Source: Clostridia bacterium (GTDB lineage Bacteria; Bacillota; Clostridia; Christensenellales; QALW01). Taken from it: DNA of 64,000 nt. Below the pieces are notes generated by a model. The model did not search any database and was not told where the DNA came from. It worked only from the letters and a program-made list of their open reading frames with translations. Of the stretch, positions 27,450 through 35,997 are shown piece by piece (within the stretch, counting starts at the first letter, position 1; every line of letters starts with the position of its first letter). Where the stretch lies: assembly GCA_045541035.1 (NCBI GenBank), contig JAZQII010000057.1:708-64707 (forward strand), in the 5' to 3' direction. The translations under genes and the position numbers were made by a program.

Positions 27450-27647
27450 AAAAAAGCGCCAACCGAGGCTGGCGCATAAAACGCAAACTCCGATTGTCGC
27501 GAAACAAAATTAAAAAACAGGTATATTAAATTACACACGCTTTCGTTGGAATTTGCATTTTTTCAAATTCGTTAAAAGCGTATGACAAAATAGAATATTA
27601 CCCAAAAATAGAAATATCCCTGTTTATCTTCTTTAATTTTGTTTCGC
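27450..27647 (-). promoter_or_regulatory. structured 5' leader with orphan intrinsic terminator (copy 2)
   Basis: Arms GCGAAACAAAATTAAA / TTTAATTTTGTTTCGC (27632-27647 / 27499-27514 on the minus strand). The helix ACGCTTT/AAAGCGT surrounds the same GAATTTG-N8-CAAATTC hairpin. The 3' 52 nt including the terminator differ from copy 1 at one position. Confidence 0.6.
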
Positions 27648-27653
27648 AAGGTT

Positions 27654-27682
27654 AGTATAACATAAAACAAAGGCTATCGCAA
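27654..27682 (-). promoter_or_regulatory. extended -10 promoter of LRR locus 2
   Basis: On the minus strand: TTGCGA (27677-27682), 17-nt spacer, TGtTATACT (27654-27662), then 6 nt to the leader arm. Confidence 0.55.
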
Positions 27683-27693
27683 GTATTTTTTTG

Positions 27694-27722
27694 TTGCCCA
27701 AAATTCCTTTTAAGAGTATAAT
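27694..27722 (+). promoter_or_regulatory. promoter of the MFS/GRE operon
   Basis: TTGCCC, 17-nt spacer, TATAAT (27717-27722). Confidence 0.55.
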
Positions 27723-27750
27723 ATACAAAAATTTCCCAAGGACTTTTAAT

Positions 27751-28929
27751 ATGAAACGTTTAAGCTTTAATCACACTATTTATGCCTCGTACATTGCGTA
27801 TATTGTGCAGGCATTGGTAAATAATTTCAGTCCCCTTTTGTTCGTAACTTTTTCCATTACTTACGGAATCAGTCTTGACAAGATCGGTTTAATTGTATCT
27901 TTAAACTTTATTCTTCAACTTATCGTTGACTTTATTGCCGCAAAGATGGTTGATAAGATCGGATATCGGGCATCTATGCTTTTTGCCCACGTTTCGGCAG
28001 GAGTGGGATTTATTCTTCTTGCAATTCTGCCCGAAATCATCGATCCCTATATAGGCATACTTATTTCAACGGTGTTTACCGCAATAGGCGGCGGACTAAT
28101 TGAAGTTACCGTCTCCCCCGTTGTTGAAGCAACTCCGTCAACGGGCGCGAAAGAAGCGGCAATGAGCCTTTTACACTCCTTTTACTGTTGGGGACAGTTG
28201 TTCACCGTTCTTATTTCCACCGTATTTTTCCTTGTTTTCGGCATTGAAAATTGGAAGATAATGTCCCTTTTATGGGCGATCCTTCCCCTCTCAAACAGTA
28301 TTTACTGTATATTCATTCCCATAAATCAACTGACGGAAAAAGGTCAGGCTTTGCCCTTTAAAAAACTTTTTTCCAAAAAGATTTTTTGGTTATTCTTATT
28401 CATTATGCTCTGTGCAGGCGCAACAGAATTGACCGTTGCACAATGGGCATCGGCTTTAGCGGAAACAAGTCTTAACGTTTCAAAGGCAATGGGCGACCTT
28501 TTAGGACCTTGTATGTTTGCTTTATTCATGGGAATCGTCCGTGCCCTTTACGCTAAAATTTCAAATAAGATAGTTATTGAAAATGCATTGATGCTTTCAG
28601 GAGTTATCGGCGTTATCGGATATCTTATGATCGCCCTTTTTGATAACCCCGTAATATGCCTTACAGGTTGCACCCTTTGCGGTATTGCATCTGCCCTTTT
28701 ATGGCCAGGCACACTTTCCCTTTCGGCAAAAACAATATACGGCGGCGGAACTGCAATGTTTGCATTTTTAGCATTGGGCGGTGATATGGGTTGCAGCGTC
28801 GGCCCCGGACTTGCAGGCTGGGTATCTGAAATATTTGGCGGAAGTTTACAAATAGGCGTTCTTTCGGGAATAATCTTCCCCATCGGAATAATCGTTGGCG
28901 CACTTATTTATAAGAAAGTTAAGGACTGA
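27751..28929 (+). CDS. MFS transporter
   Basis: About 12 hydrophobic segments. I chose the ATG at 27751 (MKRLSFNHTIYASY) because the TTG at 27691 overlaps the predicted promoter. Confidence 0.7.
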   Translation: MKRLSFNHTIYASYIAYIVQALVNNFSPLLFVTFSITYGISLDKIGLIVSLNFILQLIVDFIAAKMVDKIGYRASMLFAHVSAGVGFILLAILPEIIDPYIGILISTVFTAIGGGLIEVTVSPVVEATPSTGAKEAAMSLLHSFYCWGQLFTVLISTVFFLVFGIENWKIMSLLWAILPLSNSIYCIFIPINQLTEKGQALPFKKLFSKKIFWLFLFIMLCAGATELTVAQWASALAETSLNVSKAMGDLLGPCMFALFMGIVRALYAKISNKIVIENALMLSGVIGVIGYLMIALFDNPVICLTGCTLCGIASALLWPGTLSLSAKTIYGGGTAMFAFLALGGDMGCSVGPGLAGWVSEIFGGSLQIGVLSGIIFPIGIIVGALIYKKVKD

Positions 28930-29086
28930 TTCTTTCAGTCCTTCTTTTTTGTGCAAAAAATATTGAGATTTTTAATAATATTTGATATAATCTGAATAAA
29001 TATAGTTCCTTTTTACACAAATTATAGATTTTATCCATTCAAAAACAATATATTTAAACCTATAATATATTATGAGGTGAATCTAT

Positions 29087-31201
29087 ATGTGGAATGATTT
29101 TGAAAAAGATCTTGAAATATTAAACGCGCCAAAGAAACATTTTGTTGACGGTCTTTCTACTGACGAAATTAAAAAGAACGTTCTTGCCATTCATGAAAAA
29201 GCACCCTATTCACACAAAACCCGCGGTGAAATTATAAAATATATTCTTTCAAACGTTAAGATAGGCTTATGTTCCGAAAACTTTTTTCAGGATATCTTTG
29301 ATGATAATATAGGCATCATCGGAAACGATATTCGTATAAAGGAACAAAAAAAACACGAAGCCGAGTTTTTAGATGATTATATCTTGCCTACAAGCCTTTG
29401 CTATTTTTCGGGCGGTCCCGACTATTCGCACACCGCGCCTGATTGGAAAAACGTGATCTCTTTAGGTCTTCCCGGCTTAAAAAAGCGTGCAGAAAACAAA
29501 AGTGATGACTTTTATAAAGGCATTGTCCTTGCATACGAAGGTGCAGAAACTTTCTTAAAGCGTCTTGAAAAAATCGCAAGAGAAGAAAACGCTCCCCGCA
29601 CAGATTTTCTTGCCGATGCCCTTATAAACTTAACAACAAGCGCACCTAAAAATATTTATGAAGCACTTTTGCTTATGTATCTGTTTTTCATTTTTCAAAA
29701 CAACGTTGAATGTACTTACGTGCGCACATTTGGAAGTTTAGATATGCTTTTATATCCAATATATAAGCACGATATTGAGTCAGGCACTTTCACAAAAGAT
29801 CAGGTAAAAACTTTAATAAGATATTTTATAAAAACTCTTGATGCGCGAAAAGTGTGGGCAAACCAACCTTTCGCCTTGTGCGGAACGGAAGGTCAGGATG
29901 CGGTAAACGAACTTTCTTATATTATTCTCGAAGAATTTATAAAGTTAAAACCCGTATATACAAAAGTTCACATAAGATACTCAAAAAATATTCCTGCCGA
30001 CTTTATTCTGAAAATCTGCGAAAGCATTAAGGAAAACGGCAACTCTTTCGTTTTTTTAAACAACGAAATTGCAACGGAAGCACTTATAAAAAACGGTCAA
30101 GAAAAAAGCGATGCCCTTGATTACGGCATTGTAGGTTGTTACGAGATCTTCTCCCAAGGCAAAGAGATTCCTTGTTCCCTAAACGGTTTTATCAATCTTC
30201 CCAAGGCAGTTGAAGCAGTGATTTTTGAAGGCAAAGATGCTTTAACCGATAAACAGGTCTTTAAAAAATCGCCTTTACCTGAAACTTTTGATGAATTTAA
30301 AAAGGCTACGAAAGATTATATTCTTCAGTTTATAGATCAATCCATCGCCCTTACCGTTAAGCAAGAGGAAGGTTATAAAAAAACACAGTTCACGCCCTTT
30401 ATTTCCTCAACCTACGACAGTTCAATTGAAAAAGGTCTTGATATCTATCAGGGCGGTGCAAAATATAATTCTTCATCCTTAACGCTTATCGGAACTGCAA
30501 ACGTTGCCGATAGTCTTTACGCGGTAAAAAAGATAGTTTTTGATGAAAAGAAAGTAACGTTAAAAGAATTTAAAGATATTCTGAAAAACAACTGGCAAGG
30601 ATATGAAGAATTAAGGCACTACGCTCTTTCATTGCCTAAATACGGCAATAATATTGATGAGGTCGATGCTCTTGCCCGCGAAATAACCGATTTTGCATTA
30701 AAAAATATCAACGGCCGCAAAAACGGACATGGCGGAGTTTTCCGCGGCGGCACATGGTCCATAGATTACCGTATGGGATTTGGTGAAAAAACAGGTGCAA
30801 CCCCTGATGGCAGACGTGCAAAGGAGCCTCTTTCTAAAAATGTTTGCGCAGCTAATGCCCTCGACAAAAAGGGAGCGACCGCCCATATTCTTTCAGCATC
30901 AAAACTTGATTATACTCTTGTTCCCAACGGAACGGTACTTGATATTTCATTAAGTCATACTCAAGTTTCAGGCAAAGATGGCGCAAAGATACTTAAATCC
31001 ACGCTCGATACGTTTATGCAAAAGGGCGGTTTCGCCATTCAATATAACGTTTTAAATCCCGAAACGTTAAAAAATGCCCAAATAGCTCCCGAAAATTATA
31101 AAACGCTTCAGGTACGCTTATGCGGTTGGAACGTTTTATTCAATGATTTAACAAAAAAGGAGCAGGACGAATTTATCCTGCAAAGTGAAAATTTATGTTA
31201 G
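29087..31201 (+). CDS. glycyl radical enzyme (PFL-like, Cys-x-Glu eliminase/dehydratase-type), unusually short
   Basis: C-terminal glycyl-radical fingerprint LQVRLCGWNVLFNDL (Gly codon at 31124-31126) and thiyl loop GIVGCYE. Length 704 aa. Confidence 0.75.
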   Translation: MWNDFEKDLEILNAPKKHFVDGLSTDEIKKNVLAIHEKAPYSHKTRGEIIKYILSNVKIGLCSENFFQDIFDDNIGIIGNDIRIKEQKKHEAEFLDDYILPTSLCYFSGGPDYSHTAPDWKNVISLGLPGLKKRAENKSDDFYKGIVLAYEGAETFLKRLEKIAREENAPRTDFLADALINLTTSAPKNIYEALLLMYLFFIFQNNVECTYVRTFGSLDMLLYPIYKHDIESGTFTKDQVKTLIRYFIKTLDARKVWANQPFALCGTEGQDAVNELSYIILEEFIKLKPVYTKVHIRYSKNIPADFILKICESIKENGNSFVFLNNEIATEALIKNGQEKSDALDYGIVGCYEIFSQGKEIPCSLNGFINLPKAVEAVIFEGKDALTDKQVFKKSPLPETFDEFKKATKDYILQFIDQSIALTVKQEEGYKKTQFTPFISSTYDSSIEKGLDIYQGGAKYNSSSLTLIGTANVADSLYAVKKIVFDEKKVTLKEFKDILKNNWQGYEELRHYALSLPKYGNNIDEVDALAREITDFALKNINGRKNGHGGVFRGGTWSIDYRMGFGEKTGATPDGRRAKEPLSKNVCAANALDKKGATAHILSASKLDYTLVPNGTVLDISLSHTQVSGKDGAKILKSTLDTFMQKGGFAIQYNVLNPETLKNAQIAPENYKTLQVRLCGWNVLFNDLTKKEQDEFILQSENLC

Positions 31202-32079
31202 GAAACGTTTTTGCCGTAAAAAAATTTGCCGTTCATGACGGACCGGGTATTCGCACCACTCTTTTTATGAAAGGTTGTCCCCTTTCCTGCCTTTGGTGTC
31301 ATAATCCAGAAGGCATATCATATAAAAAAGAGATCGCGCTATACGCCCACAAATGTATTTCTTGTAAAAGGTGCGAAAGTGTTTGCAACAATTCTGCTCA
31401 ACTTTTTGGTGATAGAAAAATCAACCGTGATAAATGCATTCTTTGCGGAAAATGTGCAGAAGTCTGCTTTAACGATGCCATTACCCTTTTCGGTAACGAA
31501 ATGACTGTAGATGAAGCCTTCAATGTTCTTATAGAAGACAAGGATTTTTACGAAACCTCAGGTGGCGGTGTGACAATTTCAGGTGGCGAATGTATGATGC
31601 AGGCATATTTTGTAAAAGAACTTCTCAAAAAATTAAAAGCAGAAAATATTCATACTGCCGTTGATACTTGCGGGTATGCACCGCAAAGTGCATTTTCTTT
31701 AGTTTCCCCTTATACCGACCTTTTTCTTTACGATATAAAAGCATTTTCAGAGGAAACCCACATTAAATGCACAGGGAAATCAAATAAACTTATCTGGGAA
31801 AACCTTGAATTTTTAGATAAAAATAACAAGAAATGCATTATCCGCTACCCCGTAATCCCCACTTATAACGATTTTGAAGCAGAACAGATTGCCGAAAAAT
31901 TATCGAGATTTAACAATGTTGAAAGTGTTGATATTTTGTCTTACCACAATTTTTCAGGCTCAAAATATGAGGCTCTTTCACTAAAAAACACTATGCCCAA
32001 AGTCGATCCGCCCACAAATGAGCAGATTGCATTTATAAAAAACATCTTTTCTTCAAAAGGATTAAAGGTAAATGACTAA
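31195..32079 (+). CDS. glycyl-radical enzyme activating protein (radical SAM)
   Basis: VHDGPGIRTTLFMKGCPLSCLWCHNPE (CX3CX2C) plus two ferredoxin-like clusters, CISCKRCESVC and CILCGKCAEVC. The start overlaps the GRE stop. Confidence 0.85.
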   Translation: MLGNVFAVKKFAVHDGPGIRTTLFMKGCPLSCLWCHNPEGISYKKEIALYAHKCISCKRCESVCNNSAQLFGDRKINRDKCILCGKCAEVCFNDAITLFGNEMTVDEAFNVLIEDKDFYETSGGGVTISGGECMMQAYFVKELLKKLKAENIHTAVDTCGYAPQSAFSLVSPYTDLFLYDIKAFSEETHIKCTGKSNKLIWENLEFLDKNNKKCIIRYPVIPTYNDFEAEQIAEKLSRFNNVESVDILSYHNFSGSKYEALSLKNTMPKVDPPTNEQIAFIKNIFSSKGLKVND

Positions 32080-32839
32080 AATATTTAAAGATGCCACAGT
32101 AGAAGATTTAGGTGCCATCGGTAAGGCTGTGCTTTTTGAGAATAACGGCAAGCACGTGCATTTCCCCGTTCGCACCCACAATGCCTTTGTATATTTTTTA
32201 TCGGGCAAAATTGATTTTATTTACGATGGCAACGTAATTTCCGCACAAAAAGACAGTTTTGTTTTTCTGCCCCAAGGCAAAGCATATAAGACTCTGCCCT
32301 ATGAAAAAGGCGAGTTTCTTATAATAAACTTTTCATCTTCAAATACTTTTTGCAAAAACGCTTTCAGTTTTTCGCCCAATGATAAGGAGAACTTTATTTT
32401 CGAGCTAAAAAATGCCGTAAAAGCACAAAAATATAAAAAAGCAGGCTATGAGTTTACAATAAAGGCTTCGATTTATTCTTTGTGTGCACTTATTGAAAAG
32501 GAACAACAAGATTCAATCCACCCTGCATATATAAAGAAAATTCAGCCTTGCCTTGATTTTTTAAAGGAAAATCCCGATGCAACAGTTTTAGAACTTGCAA
32601 AAATAATCAACGTAAGCACAAAATATTTTACCCGTTTGTTTCTTGAAACCATGCACACAACGCCAAAGCAGTATATTATTTCTCTGCGCATGGAAAATGC
32701 CTTAAAACTTCTAAAGGAAAATATTCCCGTAAGCATCGTTGCCGAAAATTGCGGTTTCTGCGACGTTTATTACTTCTCCCGCCTTTTTAAAAAGCATACG
32801 GGCATGACACCAACAGAATATAAAAACAGTTTTTTATAA
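32072..32839 (+). CDS. AraC family transcriptional regulator
   Basis: Cupin-like N-terminus with a C-terminal AraC HTH (NCGFCDVYYFSRLFKKHTGMTPTEY). Confidence 0.8.
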   Translation: MTKIFKDATVEDLGAIGKAVLFENNGKHVHFPVRTHNAFVYFLSGKIDFIYDGNVISAQKDSFVFLPQGKAYKTLPYEKGEFLIINFSSSNTFCKNAFSFSPNDKENFIFELKNAVKAQKYKKAGYEFTIKASIYSLCALIEKEQQDSIHPAYIKKIQPCLDFLKENPDATVLELAKIINVSTKYFTRLFLETMHTTPKQYIISLRMENALKLLKENIPVSIVAENCGFCDVYYFSRLFKKHTGMTPTEYKNSFL

Positions 32840-32842
32840 AAG

Positions 32843-33354
32843 AAAAACCCCTGCAAATGCAAGGGTCTTATTTTACATTAAGCAGTGCAAAAAAACTTGA
32901 AAATCAGGTGAATAAGTGATTAAAGCCGAAGTTTTCTCACGCTCGCCAAAGTGCGACAAACCGCACAACTCAAGAGTGCGAGAAAACCCGAAATTCAAGG
33001 CACGGAAAAACCTCTTGCAAATGCAAGGGGGTTGATTTCATACTAAGCAGTGCAAAAAAGCTTGGAAATCAGGTGAATAAGCGATTAAAGCCGAAGTTTT
33101 CTCACGCTCGCCAAAGTGCGACAAACCGCACAACTCAAGAGTGCGAGAAAACCCGAAATTCAAGGCACGGATGGGTAAAAGCGAGGGAGTTTACAAACAC
33201 GTAAATGACCGAGTTTTTATCCCGTCCGTAACACAGAAAAACCCCTACAAATGCAAGGGGTTTTATTTTACATTAAGCAGTGCAAAAAAGCTTGGAAATC
33301 AGGTGAATAAGCGATTAAAGCCGAAGGAGTTTACAAAACGGTAAATGACTGAGG
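32843..33354. repeat. mosaic tandem repeat block (modules A-B-A-B-x-C-y-A-C)
   Basis: Units start at 32843, 33006 and 33237 (period 163-165 bp). Module B is a long hairpin with GTTTTCTCACGC/GTGCGAGAAAAC ends (32931-32987 and 33096-33152). Module C is GAGTTTACAAA.ACGGTAAATGAC.GAG at 33187 and 33327. Confidence 0.85.
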
Positions 33355-33403
33355 CTTTATATTGCTTATGAACCGCAGTTTCAAGAGTTTTTTGTGCTGC
33401 GCT

Positions 33404-34786
33404 TTAGAATTCGGCGGAGTTAGGAGTCCTAGGATAAGGAATAACATCTCTAATATTTTCCATGCCGGTAATGTAGCGCATCATACGCTCAACGCCCATA
33501 CCGAAACCTGAGTGCTGACATGAACCGTACTTACGAAGATCCATATACCAGGAGTAATCGTCGGGGTTAAGGCCAAGTTCATCAATACGCTTCATTAAAA
33601 CGTCATAACGTTCTTCTCGCTGTGATGAACCAACGATTTCGCCAAGACCGGGGAAAAGAAGGTCAGTTGCGGCAACGGTTTCGTTGTCATCATTCAGGCG
33701 CATATAGAAACTCTTGCACTCCTTGGGATAGTCGGTAACGAAAACGGGACGTTTGAAAACAACGTCAGCAAGATATTTTTCATGCTCGGTCTGAATACCT
33801 GTGCCCCACTCTGCAGGAATATCGAAATGTTCACCGGACTCGTTAAGGATCTTCAATGCTTCACGATAAGTGATGCGTGCAAAATCGCTTTCAACGGTGT
33901 GGTTAAGTTTTTCGATAAGACCTTTTTCCATAAACTTATCAAAGAAGTTAAGTTCATCGGGACAATGCTCAAGAACGTATTTAATAACGTACTTTGAAAG
34001 TGCTTCAATGGTATCCATAAGATCGTTAAGATCGGCAAATGCCATTTCAGGTTCAACCTGCCAGAACTCTGCGGCATGACGGGGAGTGTTACTGTTTTCA
34101 GCACGGAAGCAAGGACCGAAAGTATAAACTTTTCTAAAGCCCCAACAGAAAGGCTCAACGTTAAGCTGACCCGAAACAGTCATAAATGCCTGCTTGCCAA
34201 AGAAATCCTTTGACCAATCAACTGCGCCGTCTTCTGTACGGGGAGGATTATCAACATCCATAGTAGAAATGCGGAAAACTTCACCTGCACCTTCGCAATC
34301 GCTTGCCGTTACACAAGGTGTTGCAACGTAAACGAAGCCGTTTTCCTGCAAGAACTGATGGATTGCAAAGGTTAAAACGGAACGAACGCGGAATACTGCG
34401 GTAAAGGTATTTGTTCTGGGACGAAGGTGAGCAACCGTTCTTAAATATTCAAAAGAATGTTTTTTCTTCTGAATGGGAAAATCAGGCTCACTTGTGCCGT
34501 GAATATCAATTTTTGTTGCATGAATTTCAAGGGGCTGACGTGCTTCAGGAGTGAGAACAACATCACCCTCAATAATAAGGCATGCTGAAACGTTCTGCTT
34601 TTCAACTATATCAAAGTTATCTATTTTGCGGTCGAACACGATCTGAATATTTTTCTGTGTTGTACCGTCATTAAGTTCAATAAATCCGAAATCCTTACTT
34701 GCTCTTATGGTGCGCACCCAACCTGCAACTGTGACGTGCTTTGCTTCCATAGAGGCGTATATGTCTTTTACAAGATCAGTTTTCAT
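33404..34786 (-). CDS. asnS: asparagine--tRNA ligase
   Basis: [24 protein letters not shown] and the class-II motif [22 protein letters not shown] chose the ATG at 34786 behind AAGGAGG rather than the ORF start at 34858. Confidence 0.85.
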   Translation of the reverse strand: MKTDLVKDIYASMEAKHVTVAGWVRTIRASKDFGFIELNDGTTQKNIQIVFDRKIDNFDIVEKQNVSACLIIEGDVVLTPEARQPLEIHATKIDIHGTSEPDFPIQKKKHSFEYLRTVAHLRPRTNTFTAVFRVRSVLTFAIHQFLQENGFVYVATPCVTASDCEGAGEVFRISTMDVDNPPRTEDGAVDWSKDFFGKQAFMTVSGQLNVEPFCWGFRKVYTFGPCFRAENSNTPRHAAEFWQVEPEMAFADLNDLMDTIEALSKYVIKYVLEHCPDELNFFDKFMEKGLIEKLNHTVESDFARITYREALKILNESGEHFDIPAEWGTGIQTEHEKYLADVVFKRPVFVTDYPKECKSFYMRLNDDNETVAATDLLFPGLGEIVGSSQREERYDVLMKRIDELGLNPDDYSWYMDLRKYGSCQHSGFGMGVERMMRYITGMENIRDVIPYPRTPNSAEF

Positions 34787-34904
34787 AGAAAAAACCTCCT
34801 TAACAAAATTTTTCCAATATAATATGATATTATACTTTGAAACATACAACTTTGTCAAATGATTTAGCGTTTTTTAATTTATCAAGGAAATCTTTTGCAA
34901 TTAA

Positions 34905-34927
34905 GTTTGTCAAATGATTTGACAAAC
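34905..34927. promoter_or_regulatory. perfect 23-bp palindromic operator candidate
   Basis: GTTTGTCAAAT-G-ATTTGACAAAC overlaps the -35 box. A half-site copy CTTTGTCAAATGATTT lies at 34850-34866. Confidence 0.6.
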
Positions 34928-34947
34928 TCTCCTGTTTTATATATACT
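34919..34947 (+). promoter_or_regulatory. promoter of the kinase/ROK/HAD operon
   Basis: TTGACA (34919-34924), 17-nt spacer, TATACT (34942-34947). Confidence 0.65.
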
Positions 34948-34968
34948 ATTTGTAAAGGATGTGTTTAA

Positions 34969-35997
34969 ATGAAAACTTTTAACGGACTTACAGAAAAAAG
35001 ACTCGTTGAGATTCTTGATAAAATGAAAAATTCAAGGGCGGTTTTACTGGGGGATATGTGCCTTGACGTTTATTGGTCATGCGATATGACAAAAAGCGTG
35101 CTTTCCCGTGAAACTCCCCACTTTCCCTTGCCCGTTGTTGAAGAACGAATGGCTCCCGGTGCAGGCGGAAACGCTTTAAACAACATGGCAACTTTATCGG
35201 ATAAAGTTTCTGCAATCGGTATAATAGGCGACGATTGGCGCGGTTTCTGCCTTAAAAACTGTTTTAAAAAAGCAGGAATCAATACGGAATATATCACCGA
35301 AGTAAAAGGCAGAATTACCAATGCTTATTGCAAGCCTATGCGCAAAGGATATCTTGGTTTTGAAGTTGAAGATCCCCGCATTGACTTTGAAAGTTTTGAT
35401 AAAATTGACGAAAAAACCGAAGATATTTTAATTGAAAATCTTAAAAAAGCAACTGAAAACGCCGACGTTTTATGTGTAAGTGATCAGTTTGAGTTCGGTT
35501 GTGTAACTGATAAAGTTCGAAAAGCGGTAAATGAGATCGCAAAAAATATTCTTACGGTAGTTGACAGCCGTTCAAGAATCGCTTTATTTGAAAACGCGAT
35601 TTTAAAACCCAACGAAATTGAATGTGCCCGTGCCATAGGTGTTGAAAGTTCCGATCTTGTAAACGGTGAAAACAACCTTGAACTTTTAAAGTCATTTTCC
35701 GAAAAAACTAATTCTAACGTATGTTTAACTTTAGGTGCAAAGGGCGTGCAGGTTTATAAAGACGGTGTTCTTACTGTTTCCGAAGGTGTAAAAGTTTCAC
35801 CGCCTATAGATACTTGCGGTGCAGGTGATTGCTTCCTTTCAGCCTTTTCACTTGCCCTTTCGGCAGGCGCGGAAGTTTTTGAAGCGGCTGCACTTGGCAA
35901 TCTTGCATCAAGCATATGCGTAAAGAAAATAAACACAACGGGAAGCGCCTCAAAAGAAGAAATTATCGAATCATTTGAGAGAGCAGTCAATGACTAA
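34969..35997 (+). CDS. PfkB-family carbohydrate kinase (RfaE domain-I-like)
   Basis: N-terminal VLLGDMCLDVYW resembles heptose-7-P kinase RfaE. The C-terminal DTCGAGDCF is the PfkB anion-hole motif. Confidence 0.7.
   Translation: MKTFNGLTEKRLVEILDKMKNSRAVLLGDMCLDVYWSCDMTKSVLSRETPHFPLPVVEERMAPGAGGNALNNMATLSDKVSAIGIIGDDWRGFCLKNCFKKAGINTEYITEVKGRITNAYCKPMRKGYLGFEVEDPRIDFESFDKIDEKTEDILIENLKKATENADVLCVSDQFEFGCVTDKVRKAVNEIAKNILTVVDSRSRIALFENAILKPNEIECARAIGVESSDLVNGENNLELLKSFSEKTNSNVCLTLGAKGVQVYKDGVLTVSEGVKVSPPIDTCGAGDCFLSAFSLALSAGAEVFEAAALGNLASSICVKKINTTGSASKEEIIESFERAVND

Noticed and set aside
16712-27647. Outer inverted repeats considered as the ends of a composite transposon or mobile island.
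   Set aside because: There is no transposase, integrase or target-site duplication. Each repeat consists of a promoter, a leader and a terminator pointing inward at a gene, so it is regulatory duplication rather than transposon termini.
27691-27750. TTG start at 27691 for the MFS transporter, and similar upstream starts in the ORF track at 12334, 34858, 37845, 47878, 48975, 50581, 51717, 53727 and 53825.
   Set aside because: In each case a downstream ATG with a proper Shine-Dalgarno at 5-10 nt fits better. The extension overlaps a promoter, the SD itself or the preceding gene.
33141-33344. 67-aa ORF within the tandem repeat block.
   Set aside because: There is no SD. It spans repeat junctions, and its composition is dictated by the repeats. 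It is most likely non-coding.
32843-33354. Tandem repeats considered as a CRISPR array.
   Set aside because: The units are 163-165 bp with shared, not unique, interspersed sequence. There is no 25-40-bp repeat/spacer alternation and there are no cas genes.
34787-34968. Possible T-box leader upstream of asnS.
   Set aside because: Only ~180 nt is available and it is shared with a divergent promoter. I see no T-box consensus (AATTAGGGTGGTACCGCG-like), specifier-loop architecture or terminator/antiterminator pair.
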